A stretch of DNA of 59,528 nucleotides from a virus (taxonomy: Duplodnaviria; Caudoviricetes): the IMG/VR virus record IMGVR_UViG_3300025151_000039, positions 1 to 59,528 of that record. The stretch is one strand, 5' to 3'. The translations under genes were made by a program, and so were the position numbers. The notes under the pieces were generated by a model. It saw nothing but the letters and a program-made list of their open reading frames with translations, ran no database searches and was not told the DNA's origin. How positions within the stretch are numbered: position 1 is the stretch's first letter; the number at the start of each line of letters is the position of its first letter. This document shows positions 34,796 to 44,687 of this stretch, one piece after another.

Positions 34796-37298
34796 TTAAT
34801 TTTTTCATTTGAGTTTTCATATCATCTTGCTCAGATCTTCCGGCTAAAGCATCTAATTCAGAAACTATTGCATCTATTCCAGACTCTTTGTAGTAATTAT
34901 TTCTTGCATCATTGGTTTTTCTACCTAAAGCTTCTATAGATTGTATTGATTCGCTAGAAAGTGAATACTCTCTTAATTGAGCTATTAAATTCATTCTATT
35001 AGAGAATATGCCTTGCGCAAGTTCTTTCACAACATCTTCATCTTCAACGTTTAAACCTGCAGATGCAGCGTTAGCAATTACATTGTTGAAAAATTGTTCA
35101 CTCGTTATAAAGGCCTCTACTTCCTTTGGATTATTTAAATTTACAGAATTAGCCATGCTTGCAACTTTAGCTATAATGCTTTTAGTAGAAGTTCTCTCTG
35201 CGTCTTTCAAGCTTGTTTCAGCCATTATATCCGCGTAAGCAGCCGGGCCACCTATCATATATGCAATATCTGATGTTAGTGCTGCCATTTTAAATTGCGT
35301 TTCCTCTGCATCAGTAATATTTTTACCTGCCAATTGAGTTCCAAGATTTAATGCATCCATTCTAATATTTTCAGCAATAGGATTCCTGTTAAGTTCTATA
35401 TTTTCTTGCTTGACTGCCAGATTATATTTATCCAAAGTTTTAGTTATTCTAGCATCTTTTCCAGTTGTAAGAGTCTCTAGCAATACAGGATTTTTAGATA
35501 GCTTTTCAAAATCAACAGGCGTCTCTTTAGTTGTTGGAATTTTCTCATAATCAGCTAGTATTTTAGCTCTATACTCAGTATTTTCAACTCCAGCTGGAAG
35601 AGACCCTATTTCACTGAGTGATGTATCGACTGTTCCTGGCCCCGCATTATATACAGAAAGAGCAATCTCTTCATCTGAGATACCTTTAAGCTCTTTTGGA
35701 TATTTATTCCTAAGATTAACCGCATAATTATCTTTAGACCTTTGTAAATAGAAAGTGCCTACTTCTATATTCTTTTCAGCATCTTTCATATCTTCCATTG
35801 TATATTCTTTGCCATCTTTATTATATTTATTAAAATCTGCAAGAGCCCCTTGAGGCATAATCTGCATTAATCCTGTAGCACCTATAGAATTTACAGTATC
35901 GGCGATGGCTGGTTCATTCTCTTTATGCATTACTAATTTTACAAGATTAGGGTCTAACTTATTATCGTCAGAGTATTTTTTAATAAGACCATCAAATTTG
36001 TTATTAAGAATTTGCTTACCTTCACTATCTGTACCAGAGTAAAGACCTTCTTTTTTAGCAAACTCTAAGTTCTCAAAAGACATTTGTAAATCTTCAGCAT
36101 CATAACCATAGGCGTCAGTACCACCTTCGTATCCAATATTATATAAATCAGTAGTTATTTTACCTAAATCTTCTGTCCCAGATTCTTTTATATTTTCTAA
36201 TGCATCTAGATGAGCTGTTAAATCTGCTAAGCCTGATTTGTAATTACTAATAGCTTCTGTAGCTGTCTCTAAAGGTGTGTCTTTAACCTCAAAAAAGTTT
36301 CTATCTTCTTCATATTTATCAAATTTAAAGACTCCCCCTTTAAGTTCTTTTTCCAAAGCCCTAACTTCTTGTAGTTTTTCAGAATATTTACTAGAGACTT
36401 CTCTTTCTAGGGCAGTTGACACTTTTAATTGCTCTGCATCTTGAGCAACAAAAGTTTTATTTAACTCTGCAATTGCTGTAGGGCTCGCAAATTGATTTTT
36501 CATATTTTCAAGAACCAACATAGTATCTTCGTCATATTCTTTACCCTTGACAAATCCTTTAAAGACAGCATCTATGTCTGTTTTATCAACTCTTTTAGGA
36601 TTATTTCCTTTAGCCTTACCTCCAGCATTAGGATCTACTTGTGTAAAAACACCGCTTAAATCATCTGAGAATGCATCTATTGCCTCAAGCTTGATAAGCA
36701 ACTCCTCTAGACCGTCTCTTTCTCCTTTTCTAAGAGTAAGTTTTTCGCTCCAAGCAAGCAAATCGTTCTTGCCTTTTTCGGCTATTTTTTTACCATCACT
36801 AGATGCTTCTACATCATTATTATTATAGCTATTAATAATACTTCTATAGCCAAGCCCAGTTTCAGCATATTTGTCAATTTTGCCTTGAATCTTATCTATA
36901 TCATCACTGACTTCACCATATCTAATTCTTAAATCGGTTTCACTCTTGTTATCTTCAATTCTTTTATCTGTTTTTGTTTGTCTTGCAAGTTGATTTAAAT
37001 ATTTTTGCTCATTATCATTATATACCTGCTCTCTCCACTCTTTATCCTCTATATCCTTTTTCTCTCGATACTTTCTTGTCTCTTCCCTTTCGGCTCTAGT
37101 TGCTTCTCTTTCAGCTTCTAAATTTTCACGAGTAATTTGCCTTTCTATTCTAGCAGTATCAGCTTGCTCTTCTCTAAACTCAATATCTTTTAAGGTTTTA
37201 TATGCCGCTGCAAATTCTTTTCTTTTTTCTGCACGAGCATTCTTTTTACCTTGCATTTCTGCAGCTAATTTGCTAAGCTGGTCTAATTTAAAAGCCAT
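34782..37298 (-). CDS. Internal virion protein with lytic transglycosylase (SLT) domain
   Basis: LDPNLVKLVMHKEN, GATGLMQIMP, NIEVGTFYL and YNAGPG motifs within a coiled-coil protein. Confidence 0.85.
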   Translation of the reverse strand: MAFKLDQLSKLAAEMQGKKNARAEKRKEFAAAYKTLKDIEFREEQADTARIERQITRENLEAEREATRAEREETRKYREKKDIEDKEWREQVYNDNEQKYLNQLARQTKTDKRIEDNKSETDLRIRYGEVSDDIDKIQGKIDKYAETGLGYRSIINSYNNNDVEASSDGKKIAEKGKNDLLAWSEKLTLRKGERDGLEELLIKLEAIDAFSDDLSGVFTQVDPNAGGKAKGNNPKRVDKTDIDAVFKGFVKGKEYDEDTMLVLENMKNQFASPTAIAELNKTFVAQDAEQLKVSTALEREVSSKYSEKLQEVRALEKELKGGVFKFDKYEEDRNFFEVKDTPLETATEAISNYKSGLADLTAHLDALENIKESGTEDLGKITTDLYNIGYEGGTDAYGYDAEDLQMSFENLEFAKKEGLYSGTDSEGKQILNNKFDGLIKKYSDDNKLDPNLVKLVMHKENEPAIADTVNSIGATGLMQIMPQGALADFNKYNKDGKEYTMEDMKDAEKNIEVGTFYLQRSKDNYAVNLRNKYPKELKGISDEEIALSVYNAGPGTVDTSLSEIGSLPAGVENTEYRAKILADYEKIPTTKETPVDFEKLSKNPVLLETLTTGKDARITKTLDKYNLAVKQENIELNRNPIAENIRMDALNLGTQLAGKNITDAEETQFKMAALTSDIAYMIGGPAAYADIMAETSLKDAERTSTKSIIAKVASMANSVNLNNPKEVEAFITSEQFFNNVIANAASAGLNVEDEDVVKELAQGIFSNRMNLIAQLREYSLSSESIQSIEALGRKTNDARNNYYKESGIDAIVSELDALAGRSEQDDMKTQMKKLIGKR

Positions 37299-37308
37299 GT
37301 TAACCTCC

Positions 37309-38106
37309 TTAAACGCCTAATGCTTCTGGAATATATTCGTACCATTCTTTATCGTACATATCTGCAGTTACTTGAGCTTGAACACCTTGAGCATATAAGT
37401 TGTCATACATAGTAGTAGCTTGATCCCGCTTGCCTAAGTAAGAAGCTTTCATTTTTTCAGCTTGCATCTCTAATCCTGGTATAGCAGTTCCGACTTTATC
37501 ATCTATAGTATTATATAACTTACTTGCTATAGTTGCGCTCATTATACCTTCTTTTTCATACTGATCAACAAGACTGCTTGTTTGAGTTTCAAAAGTATCT
37601 CTCATCGTTCCTAGAGCAAAATTATACTTCCTACCTCCTTGCTCCCAAGCATTAGCATCAGACTGGTATCCTTTAGCAAAATTTTTCCAAGTTTTAGATA
37701 AATCCATAGCTTCTTCGCCTATCTTGGAATAAGCGTCTCGCGTTCTTTGATCAGTATTATAAGACCCTACAGCACTGGCCACATTTCCTGCCACCTGAAG
37801 AGCAGCGAAAGCTGGATTACTTGAGTATCCTAGCATTGCGAGCTGATCTCCAAAACCTCCCCCAGCTGATTCAGCGGAAGAGAAAGATGAAGGTTGAAAG
37901 TTGTAATTTGATGGCGCATACTGAGACTGTACCATAGGAGGTTGATTGTTGACTTGTAATCCAATACCACTGTCCATACTACTCATATTACTCATATTAG
38001 GATTGATTTCTCCAAATTGATATGCATTTGGTGAATATTGTGATTGATTGAAAACTACATTGCTTGCTTGATTAAATCCGATTCCGATTCCGCTTCCGTT
38101 TGCCAT
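37309..38106 (-). CDS. Putative internal virion / ejection protein
   Basis: Low-complexity N-terminus and Gly/Ala hydrophobic segment; first gene of the ejected-protein block. Confidence 0.5.
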   Translation of the reverse strand: MANGSGIGIGFNQASNVVFNQSQYSPNAYQFGEINPNMSNMSSMDSGIGLQVNNQPPMVQSQYAPSNYNFQPSSFSSAESAGGGFGDQLAMLGYSSNPAFAALQVAGNVASAVGSYNTDQRTRDAYSKIGEEAMDLSKTWKNFAKGYQSDANAWEQGGRKYNFALGTMRDTFETQTSSLVDQYEKEGIMSATIASKLYNTIDDKVGTAIPGLEMQAEKMKASYLGKRDQATTMYDNLYAQGVQAQVTADMYDKEWYEYIPEALGV

Positions 38107-38167
38107 ATTCTTTTCCTTTTTAGAATAAATTTATGTTGTATAATTTAAGAAAATATTGTATAAACAT

Positions 38168-38428
38168 CTAACCTATCTTTGTTCTTACGATATTATTATT
38201 GCCGTCTAAAAGATCTGCCCATCCGTTTTTAGTTCTTATTTGAAGCTTATCTCCTTCTGAAGCAGAAATAACTCGAATATCCCCCTCTTTTCCTCCTGTA
38301 TTAGAGACAGCTTCAGTGTTAGGCTGATTCACAGCATCTATTAATTCATTTAAATGATTATAAATATCATTAATTGCTCTTTGTAAGTCAGGGTCTGATA
38401 CAGTAGCTCCTCTTTTTTTACTTATCAT
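38168..38428 (-). CDS. Small virion-associated hypothetical protein
   Basis: 86 aa, coupled to the 1281-aa tail gene. Confidence 0.6.
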   Translation of the reverse strand: MISKKRGATVSDPDLQRAINDIYNHLNELIDAVNQPNTEAVSNTGGKEGDIRVISASEGDKLQIRTKNGWADLLDGNNNIVRTKIG

Positions 38429-41400
38429 TTTATAGACTTTCTTCTATAAACAATACTTAAAGATTCAACCTCTGTATCTACATCACCTATTATTTTTAGC
38501 TGAATATTTTTTTGCTTTTTATTAGAAGCTTCTAATTTATGAGAAAATAAACCTGAAGAAGCGTCATTATTAGATAAAGATATAGCAGGATTGCTATTAT
38601 CAGATAAAGCAGCTGTAACTACTGGCTCTGTTCCAGAATAAGTCATCTTGACTTTATAAAAATATTTTTCAAGAGTCGCTGCCCCTAAGGTTATTTTTTT
38701 ACTAACCCATTCCCAGGCATTATTAGTTGATGAGCTTAACCATTTTTTTGATTTATTACCTGAAGATGGATCATAGTACATAAAATTAATATCATTCTCT
38801 TCATCTATATACGTATCATTATACAAATTAACCGCATTAACCGTATTTTCATATATAGGATACTGTAAAAAATCCCATCTTTTCTTCAATATATGATACG
38901 TTAAAGCCATTCCTTTATAGTCAGTACCTGTTAAAGTTTTACCCAAAACACTTATAGAATTTCTTTTTGGGGAGTATATCATTTTATAGTTATGCTTTCC
39001 ATTTGAAGAGTTTTCAATACTATCTTGATAGGTTTGAATCATTGCTTGCCAATATATAGACCAGGTTTTATTAAATACTCCTCCAGCTTTTATAATCGGA
39101 GAACCTATAGGCGATATAGCGCTTCCATTGAAATGATATATATTACTTTTATCACACCAGTATAAACCATAATCAGTGCTAACAACACAATTGTTATTCA
39201 AGCAGCCTATTCCTTCATAGGTATCTTCTAAATAAAACCCATTAGAATCAATTCTATACATTTCATTAATAGCAAAAGCATAAATCTTTCCTTTAAAATA
39301 AGATAAAGCTGTTATTTCTTTTGGAAGAGATAATACATTTTCAATCCAATTAAACGTATCAAACTTTCCATGCTTAGACTTAAATATATATTTAGAAAAA
39401 TCATCAGAAGCTATAGGGTCATAACAGTCAGCTATAACTAAGTGGTTTTGAGCTATAGTAGATATTCCATAGTTGACAATTGTTTTATCTAAGGATTCTG
39501 GAATACCAGTAATAGCTTCATATGAAGCCCCAGCTCGACCGTAATCAACTACACTTGATCTATATATATCATCTGACCCAAGAACAAATTTTTTCTTAAA
39601 ATCGAGCCTCTTCACAAGTCTATAAGGCAAATCTACAGAATCTGCTCTATATACATTAATAGAGGTTAGTCTTTTCATTGTATCTGCAATACTTTTTTTA
39701 AGAGTAAGATTAATCTTCATAGATTTTGCATAAGTAACAGCTCCCCAGGACATTGTAGAGCTATCCCAATGAGAGCTAGATATAGGAGATTCTTGATAAC
39801 CATCAAACTCATAAGAAACTTTCCAGAATTTAGTTTCAGAATCAGAGACATTAGTTGAAGATTTAAAAAAATAATCATTAGATTGCCCTGTATCGAATAT
39901 TTGCAAATCTAGCCCAGAGTCGCCTAGCCTTAAATTCGTCAAAGTTGTTCCTAAGGAAAGTAATGGAAATCCACCTAAAGCAATGCTAATACTAGCATTT
40001 ATATGAGCAGTTCTTAAATCCCCTGTAGTATCCGCTAAGAGCATAGATTGAGAATTTGAAAAAAATACTCTTGAATCTAATTCAGCAATAATTGGAGATT
40101 CTACAGTAGGAGAGTCAGTCGTTAAATCTGAAGATCCAGATCCAATATCTATCTCTGCCTGCCCTCCAGTTAATAAGTTTGCAAAACCGTGGCCATTAGA
40201 CCCAATATACTCATTCCAATATTCTAAGTTTCTTATTTGTATGGAGCTTTTATCTGTCTCATTTCCATAAAGTATTACAGCTGTAGGGTTAGAGTCTGAA
40301 CCTCCGCTAGCTCTTTGAAACTGTCCTGGCAATAATGCTATTCTAGTAAATGGAGTACCTCCATCTATTGCCCTGAATGCAGTATAAGGTCTTTCATTTG
40401 CAGGATTTACAGCTGCGCCATGAGGCAATAATTCTATTTGCTCTATAAATTTAACATTTCCAAAAAAAGGATTTCCAGTTGATCCAGAGTAAGACCCTAA
40501 AGAAGTCCTAAGAGATTCTGTAGAATTAACAGCATTACTACTGTCCATGTCGTCATTTTCAGTATAATCAACTGTATATAATTGCAATCCAGACATATTT
40601 TGAGTTGTTGCGGCAAATTGAGGTACACCTGATGAAAAATTAACAGTCCCTCCTGTTAGCATTTTAGCATCATCATTAAATCTTATTAAGCATGTTACAA
40701 AATGAGATGCAGATCCTGAAGACGAGTATTTATTGCTGGCAGAAAGAGTATATGGATAAACTCTCCATCTCACATTGTAAGGACCTTCAATTATAGTATC
40801 TGTATCTATATTTCTATTATGATATAGCCATCCAGATCCGCAGTCAGAATTATCTATTGTTATACTTGGATCGCTTCCAGAATAAGAAGAATCATAATAA
40901 GATTGATCATTTGCGTCTCCTCTATCACCATCAGATTCTGACCATTTATACGAATGCTGTCCAGTACTAGTATTTCTATACCCTTTAAGCGCAACAGATA
41001 AGCTTGCAGCTGAAACTATGCTTAAAGATGAAGGATTAGTACTTGAATCAATATGGTCAGTTTCTAAAGTAATATATCTAGCGGGAAAACTGTGATTTCT
41101 AAAATCATTCATAGCTGTATTTCTTGGCTCACCATCACTAAGTACCGTTTTAGTTGCAAATAAAAATGAATGTAAAGGGTCCGCATAATCAGAATTTTCA
41201 CCTGTTTTAAAAGTTCTATACATTGGTCTCATACCAGACTCATCCCATCCAGACCAATCAGTATGAGCAACTTGTAGCCATATAACTCCATCATGATTTT
41301 GACCTGTTTCTACCATACCAGCTACGCTTAAATATTGCTTTATATTTACAGATCCATCTGCGCTTAACGCAAAATCCCCTCTGCCTGTTGTTGATGTATA

Positions 41401-42270
41401 CGCAGGAGCCTCTAGTGAAGAATGATAGCTTAATGCATATTCAGTAGTAGAGCTACTTACGGTAGAAAGATTTGCCCAAGTAGTAGCACTTTCAAATGTA
41501 GAATCACTACCAAGACTAACTCTGTATAATGTTCCTAAAGATGTTGCTATATCGGTAGAGGCTTTTAAAACCCATAAAAACAACTCATCATCACTGGCAG
41601 ATACAGATACACATTCTGCTATATCTTGTATATCAAACCCTAAATTACCAGACTTTTCTTGAGTATGATTTGTTTTATGTATTCTATACAAACAAGGATC
41701 TCCAGCTTTAAAAGCATAGCAGTAAGGATGAACTGATGTACCATTTGACTTGTTTCTAAATCCTATAACTTTAGTATAATTATTTGCAAATGTTTCAGAT
41801 CCAGGTCCTCTAACTTCGGCATCTTCAACAACAAGATTAGATTCATCAGTACCCACATATCCTACCCATTTAGGAGAGGTATTTCCTGATCCTATATGCA
41901 GCTCTTTATTGTTTTGAGTGATAGTTTTAGGTACATAGTTTTGACCTAAAGTTCCTTTTTCCTTAAAAACTGTACCTGAAGTACCAGATAAACCGGTGCT
42001 ATAAACCTTTCCATCACTAGCAAAAGCAACATTTTCACTCCTTATAGTTGAAGTCTTTTTTATTTCAGCTGGAGTTACAGATGCATCACTGCTATCAAGA
42101 AATGAAATATTGTTATCAGAATCACCAGGGGTTCCTATTAAAGCTCCATCTCTAGATGTGCAATCTATATTCTTGCTATAAACTGCTGAATCTTCGGATA
42201 TATCACCTGATTCAGGTGTGGAAACAACTCCTTTATGAAATTTGTTTATCTGAAAAAGTTCTTTTGGCAT
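38425..42270 (-). CDS. Tail stabilisation / nozzle-like protein (beta-rich)
   Basis: 1281 aa; N-terminal INKFHKGVV...D...N motif, YGLYWCDKSNIYHFNG, and C-terminal WVSKKI.LG...K.FYKVK; immediately precedes the internal proteins. Confidence 0.65.
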   Translation of the reverse strand: MPKELFQINKFHKGVVSTPESGDISEDSAVYSKNIDCTSRDGALIGTPGDSDNNISFLDSSDASVTPAEIKKTSTIRSENVAFASDGKVYSTGLSGTSGTVFKEKGTLGQNYVPKTITQNNKELHIGSGNTSPKWVGYVGTDESNLVVEDAEVRGPGSETFANNYTKVIGFRNKSNGTSVHPYCYAFKAGDPCLYRIHKTNHTQEKSGNLGFDIQDIAECVSVSASDDELFLWVLKASTDIATSLGTLYRVSLGSDSTFESATTWANLSTVSSSTTEYALSYHSSLEAPAYTSTTGRGDFALSADGSVNIKQYLSVAGMVETGQNHDGVIWLQVAHTDWSGWDESGMRPMYRTFKTGENSDYADPLHSFLFATKTVLSDGEPRNTAMNDFRNHSFPARYITLETDHIDSSTNPSSLSIVSAASLSVALKGYRNTSTGQHSYKWSESDGDRGDANDQSYYDSSYSGSDPSITIDNSDCGSGWLYHNRNIDTDTIIEGPYNVRWRVYPYTLSASNKYSSSGSASHFVTCLIRFNDDAKMLTGGTVNFSSGVPQFAATTQNMSGLQLYTVDYTENDDMDSSNAVNSTESLRTSLGSYSGSTGNPFFGNVKFIEQIELLPHGAAVNPANERPYTAFRAIDGGTPFTRIALLPGQFQRASGGSDSNPTAVILYGNETDKSSIQIRNLEYWNEYIGSNGHGFANLLTGGQAEIDIGSGSSDLTTDSPTVESPIIAELDSRVFFSNSQSMLLADTTGDLRTAHINASISIALGGFPLLSLGTTLTNLRLGDSGLDLQIFDTGQSNDYFFKSSTNVSDSETKFWKVSYEFDGYQESPISSSHWDSSTMSWGAVTYAKSMKINLTLKKSIADTMKRLTSINVYRADSVDLPYRLVKRLDFKKKFVLGSDDIYRSSVVDYGRAGASYEAITGIPESLDKTIVNYGISTIAQNHLVIADCYDPIASDDFSKYIFKSKHGKFDTFNWIENVLSLPKEITALSYFKGKIYAFAINEMYRIDSNGFYLEDTYEGIGCLNNNCVVSTDYGLYWCDKSNIYHFNGSAISPIGSPIIKAGGVFNKTWSIYWQAMIQTYQDSIENSSNGKHNYKMIYSPKRNSISVLGKTLTGTDYKGMALTYHILKKRWDFLQYPIYENTVNAVNLYNDTYIDEENDINFMYYDPSSGNKSKKWLSSSTNNAWEWVSKKITLGAATLEKYFYKVKMTYSGTEPVVTAALSDNSNPAISLSNNDASSGLFSHKLEASNKKQKNIQLKIIGDVDTEVESLSIVYRRKSIK

Positions 42271-42271
42271 T

Positions 42272-42469
42272 TTAAGCCTCTATTACAGCCTCTGAGATAG
42301 CTTCTTGCATAGCTTCATATAAACCCTCAATTAATTCTTTTTCGGTGTCTTCGCCGATCATAGGGATGTTAATTTTTTCATTTAACTTAGCGACAATTTT
42401 ATCTTTCGTTTCGTCGTTTAAAACCATTTCAACAGCAATCTTTTTTATCGCAGCAACTAACTTTTGCAT
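42272..42469 (-). CDS. Small hypothetical protein
   Basis: 65 aa, LNEKINIPMIGEDTEKEL. Confidence 0.6.
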   Translation of the reverse strand: MQKLVAAIKKIAVEMVLNDETKDKIVAKLNEKINIPMIGEDTEKELIEGLYEAMQEAISEAVIEA

Positions 42470-42641
42470 CGCACTTTTCCTTTATCTTTGTTATTTGTTT
42501 CTCAATGTCTTTAAATCTATTTTCTTGTTCTTGAAAGACATCAGTAATTTCATCTATAATAGGAAATCTTTTTCCTAGTTTATCATCAATAGCGCTTAAT
42601 GCTATTTGAGTGATTTTCTTTCTCAAACCATCGCCTATCAT
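42429..42641 (-). CDS. Small coiled-coil protein with Cys-rich end
   Basis: 70-aa ORF overlapping the downstream gene. Confidence 0.5.
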   Translation of the reverse strand: MIGDGLRKKITQIALSAIDDKLGKRFPIIDEITDVFQEQENRFKDIEKQITKIKEKCDAKVSCCDKKDCC

Positions 42642-42716
42642 TTACATCTCCGATATTAAATAAGCCCACAGGCCTATAAAAAAAATTAAAAATACTATAA
42701 ATATAATCCAATCCAT
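42642..42716 (-). CDS. 24-aa hydrophobic peptide (MDWIIFIVFLIFFIGLWAYLISEM)
   Basis: Fills exactly the gap between the tRNA 3' end and the next ATG; single TM; no SD. Confidence 0.4.
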   Translation of the reverse strand: MDWIIFIVFLIFFIGLWAYLISEM

Positions 42717-42717
42717 G

Positions 42718-42801
42718 CAGTAAGGGTAGGACTCGAACCTACACAAGCTCTCGCTTATATCCTAAACAGGGATACGTGTCTGCCAATTCCACCACCTTAC
42801 T
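42718..42801 (-). tRNA. Atypical type II (long variable arm) tRNA with GUU (Asn) anticodon
   Basis: Acceptor AGTAAGG/CCTTACT+G73, D arm GTGGAATTGGCAGACAC, anticodon stem TATCC/GGATA with loop CT-GTT-TA, variable hairpin TAAGC-GAGA-GCTTG, T arm GTAGG-TTCGAGT-CCTAC. Confidence 0.85.
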
Positions 42802-43048
42802 ATTCCTTCGCTTTGCTATCATGCTTGAACCAGAAATCTATCACCTTTCCAAATGAAGCCAAGAATGTACCAATAATAATATTAAGCAAATCTCTAAAGC
42901 TCCCTTCTAATCTCAATGTTGGATGAAATAAAAGCCATATTATCCAAATAAAACATCCAAAGATGAGAATAGAAATAGCAAATTGCATCCAATCTGGAAG
43001 ACCATCTCCTCCATGTAAGATGTCCAGTCTTGATTCTTCATCTGTCAT
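42800..43048 (-). CDS. Two-TM membrane protein (holin-like)
   Basis: Two hydrophobic helices, ...LNIIIGTFLASFGKVIDFWF. Confidence 0.55.
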   Translation of the reverse strand: MTDEESRLDILHGGDGLPDWMQFAISILIFGCFIWIIWLLFHPTLRLEGSFRDLLNIIIGTFLASFGKVIDFWFKHDSKAKE

Positions 43049-43109
43049 AGTGATTGTAAAAAATCCAATTTAATAGCTAAAAGTCCTTGCTGAAAATACA
43101 AAGTAATCA

Positions 43110-43931
43110 CTAAATAATTCCTTCAAGTTTTAACGCTCTAGCCATTCTATTAACTCCGATTCCTCCACCAAATCTTGGAAAGAAATCATAGCTTAAAAAT
43201 TTATCAAGTTCTTGCATTACTCTATTTTTACCAAATCTTCTGAAAAGTAACTCTGAATACTCTCCATCAGTTTGATTTAAAAAGTTATATCTCATTACAT
43301 CTTTATCACAACTTCTTTCAGCAGAACCAATAGTCTCTTGTCCATGAAGAATAACATCTACTTTATGAAATATGCCTTTAACTGGATTTTCTTCCATATT
43401 CCAAAAAGGATGTGTTCTCTTTGGAAAGTTTTTAAGAAACAACTTGCTGCTAATTTCTTTATTCATTCTTTCTTCATGCTCTGCTTCAAGTATATCAGTT
43501 TCATATCTATCACACAAGCCATCATAAGTGCAGTGAACTGAGTCTTTTTCAAAGCCTAAAAATTCTAACAATTCTTCTTCAAGCTTTATCATGTCTTTCA
43601 TGTTCCCTTTAGTTTCAAATTCAAACATTGGGAATATCTTTTGATGCCTTCCATCTATAGGGTTAGGCTCGTTTCTATAACTTGTTGATACGCAGAAAAA
43701 ACCATCAACATCAGGATTAGTTAAAAGTTCATGCTCTAGCCACATTTGTCCAGTTTGAGGTAAAGGATAGTCAATACCGTCAAAATTGAACTGTGCTATT
43801 GTCTTGGGATCTTCACAAGCAGCTAGTATGCTTAATCTGCTTTGTGTAGGAACTTCTATAAAACCTTTTGCGTCTTTAAAAAATCTCCTCAATTTCTCTA
43901 CAGTTTTATTGTAATCAAATGTTTCGTACAT
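43110..43931 (-). CDS. Asn/Asp-tRNA synthetase-like class IIb catalytic domain, without anticodon-binding domain
   Basis: Motif 1 LRRFF...GFIEVPT, LPQTGQMWLE, motif 2 SYRNE....GRH..IFPMFEFE, ETIGSAER, motif 3 GGGIGVNR; only 273 aa. Confidence 0.88.
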   Translation of the reverse strand: MYETFDYNKTVEKLRRFFKDAKGFIEVPTQSRLSILAACEDPKTIAQFNFDGIDYPLPQTGQMWLEHELLTNPDVDGFFCVSTSYRNEPNPIDGRHQKIFPMFEFETKGNMKDMIKLEEELLEFLGFEKDSVHCTYDGLCDRYETDILEAEHEERMNKEISSKLFLKNFPKRTHPFWNMEENPVKGIFHKVDVILHGQETIGSAERSCDKDVMRYNFLNQTDGEYSELLFRRFGKNRVMQELDKFLSYDFFPRFGGGIGVNRMARALKLEGII

Positions 43932-44068
43932 TAATCTTCGTCTTCCTTTTTCTTTTTTTTCTTTTTAGGTTCCGATTCAATAACAGCACCTTCTTCTTCA
44001 GACCAATTTGGATTTATAGACAAAGTCCCGTCTTCTTCTTGTATATATTTAGGATGATGATATGACAT
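43931..44068 (-). CDS. 45-aa charged peptide with poly-Lys tract
   Basis: MSYHHPKYIQEEDGTLSINPNW...KKKKKKKEDED; TAATG-coupled on both sides. Confidence 0.55.
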   Translation of the reverse strand: MSYHHPKYIQEEDGTLSINPNWSEEEGAVIESEPKKKKKKKEDED

Positions 44069-44172
44069 TACTTGCCTTTCTTTTTAGGTGCAGCTTTTTT
44101 CTTAGGTTTAGCTTTTGTAGGAGTAACTTTCTTTACAGAACCATCCTCTTGTTGTACATATTTATATCTCAT
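44068..44172 (-). CDS. 34-aa Lys/Pro/Ala-rich peptide
   Basis: MRYKYVQQEDGSVKKVTPTKAKPKKKAAPKKKGK; TAATG-coupled on both sides. Confidence 0.55.
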   Translation of the reverse strand: MRYKYVQQEDGSVKKVTPTKAKPKKKAAPKKKGK

Positions 44173-44687
44173 TATATTCCTATCTTTTCTAATTCATCAT
44201 TAACTACTTCCATGAAAGACTCTGTATCCCTATCTTTCATCTTTTGCACTGTATCTTTATAAGCCATGATAAATGTCTGTGAAGATATACACATTCCAAT
44301 TATCTGTGCCTTATACTCCTGAAGGAGAGTTATAATCCCTTCAAAATTTATATTTAACCCGAAAGTCTCATTAATAAGCTGCAGAGACTCCAAAGTAGAT
44401 GGATTAAAAACAAAACTATCAATGGCGAAGAGAAGCCCAAAAATAGATCCACCATTAATTGCAAACCCACTGGCTTGGATTCCCTTTGCTTTTCGTAACT
44501 TAGCACCCAATCTTTCTTGTCTAAGTAGCTGTTCTTTATCGAGCCTAACAGGCTCTTTAACTTCTTCTTCAACTTCCTCTACCTTGTCTTCAGGCCTTCG
44601 AGAGAACATTTCAGGCTCTTTTTCTTTTGCCTTAAAATTCCTCTTTCTATCAAAACTTATGCCTCCGTCTTTATTAAGACCGGACAA
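44172..44687 (-). CDS. Putative membrane protein
   Basis: Charged N-terminus and hydrophobic central segments. The track start is non-ATG, so the start is uncertain. Confidence 0.5.
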   Translation of the reverse strand: MSGLNKDGGISFDRKRNFKAKEKEPEMFSRRPEDKVEEVEEEVKEPVRLDKEQLLRQERLGAKLRKAKGIQASGFAINGGSIFGLLFAIDSFVFNPSTLESLQLINETFGLNINFEGIITLLQEYKAQIIGMCISSQTFIMAYKDTVQKMKDRDTESFMEVVNDELEKIGI

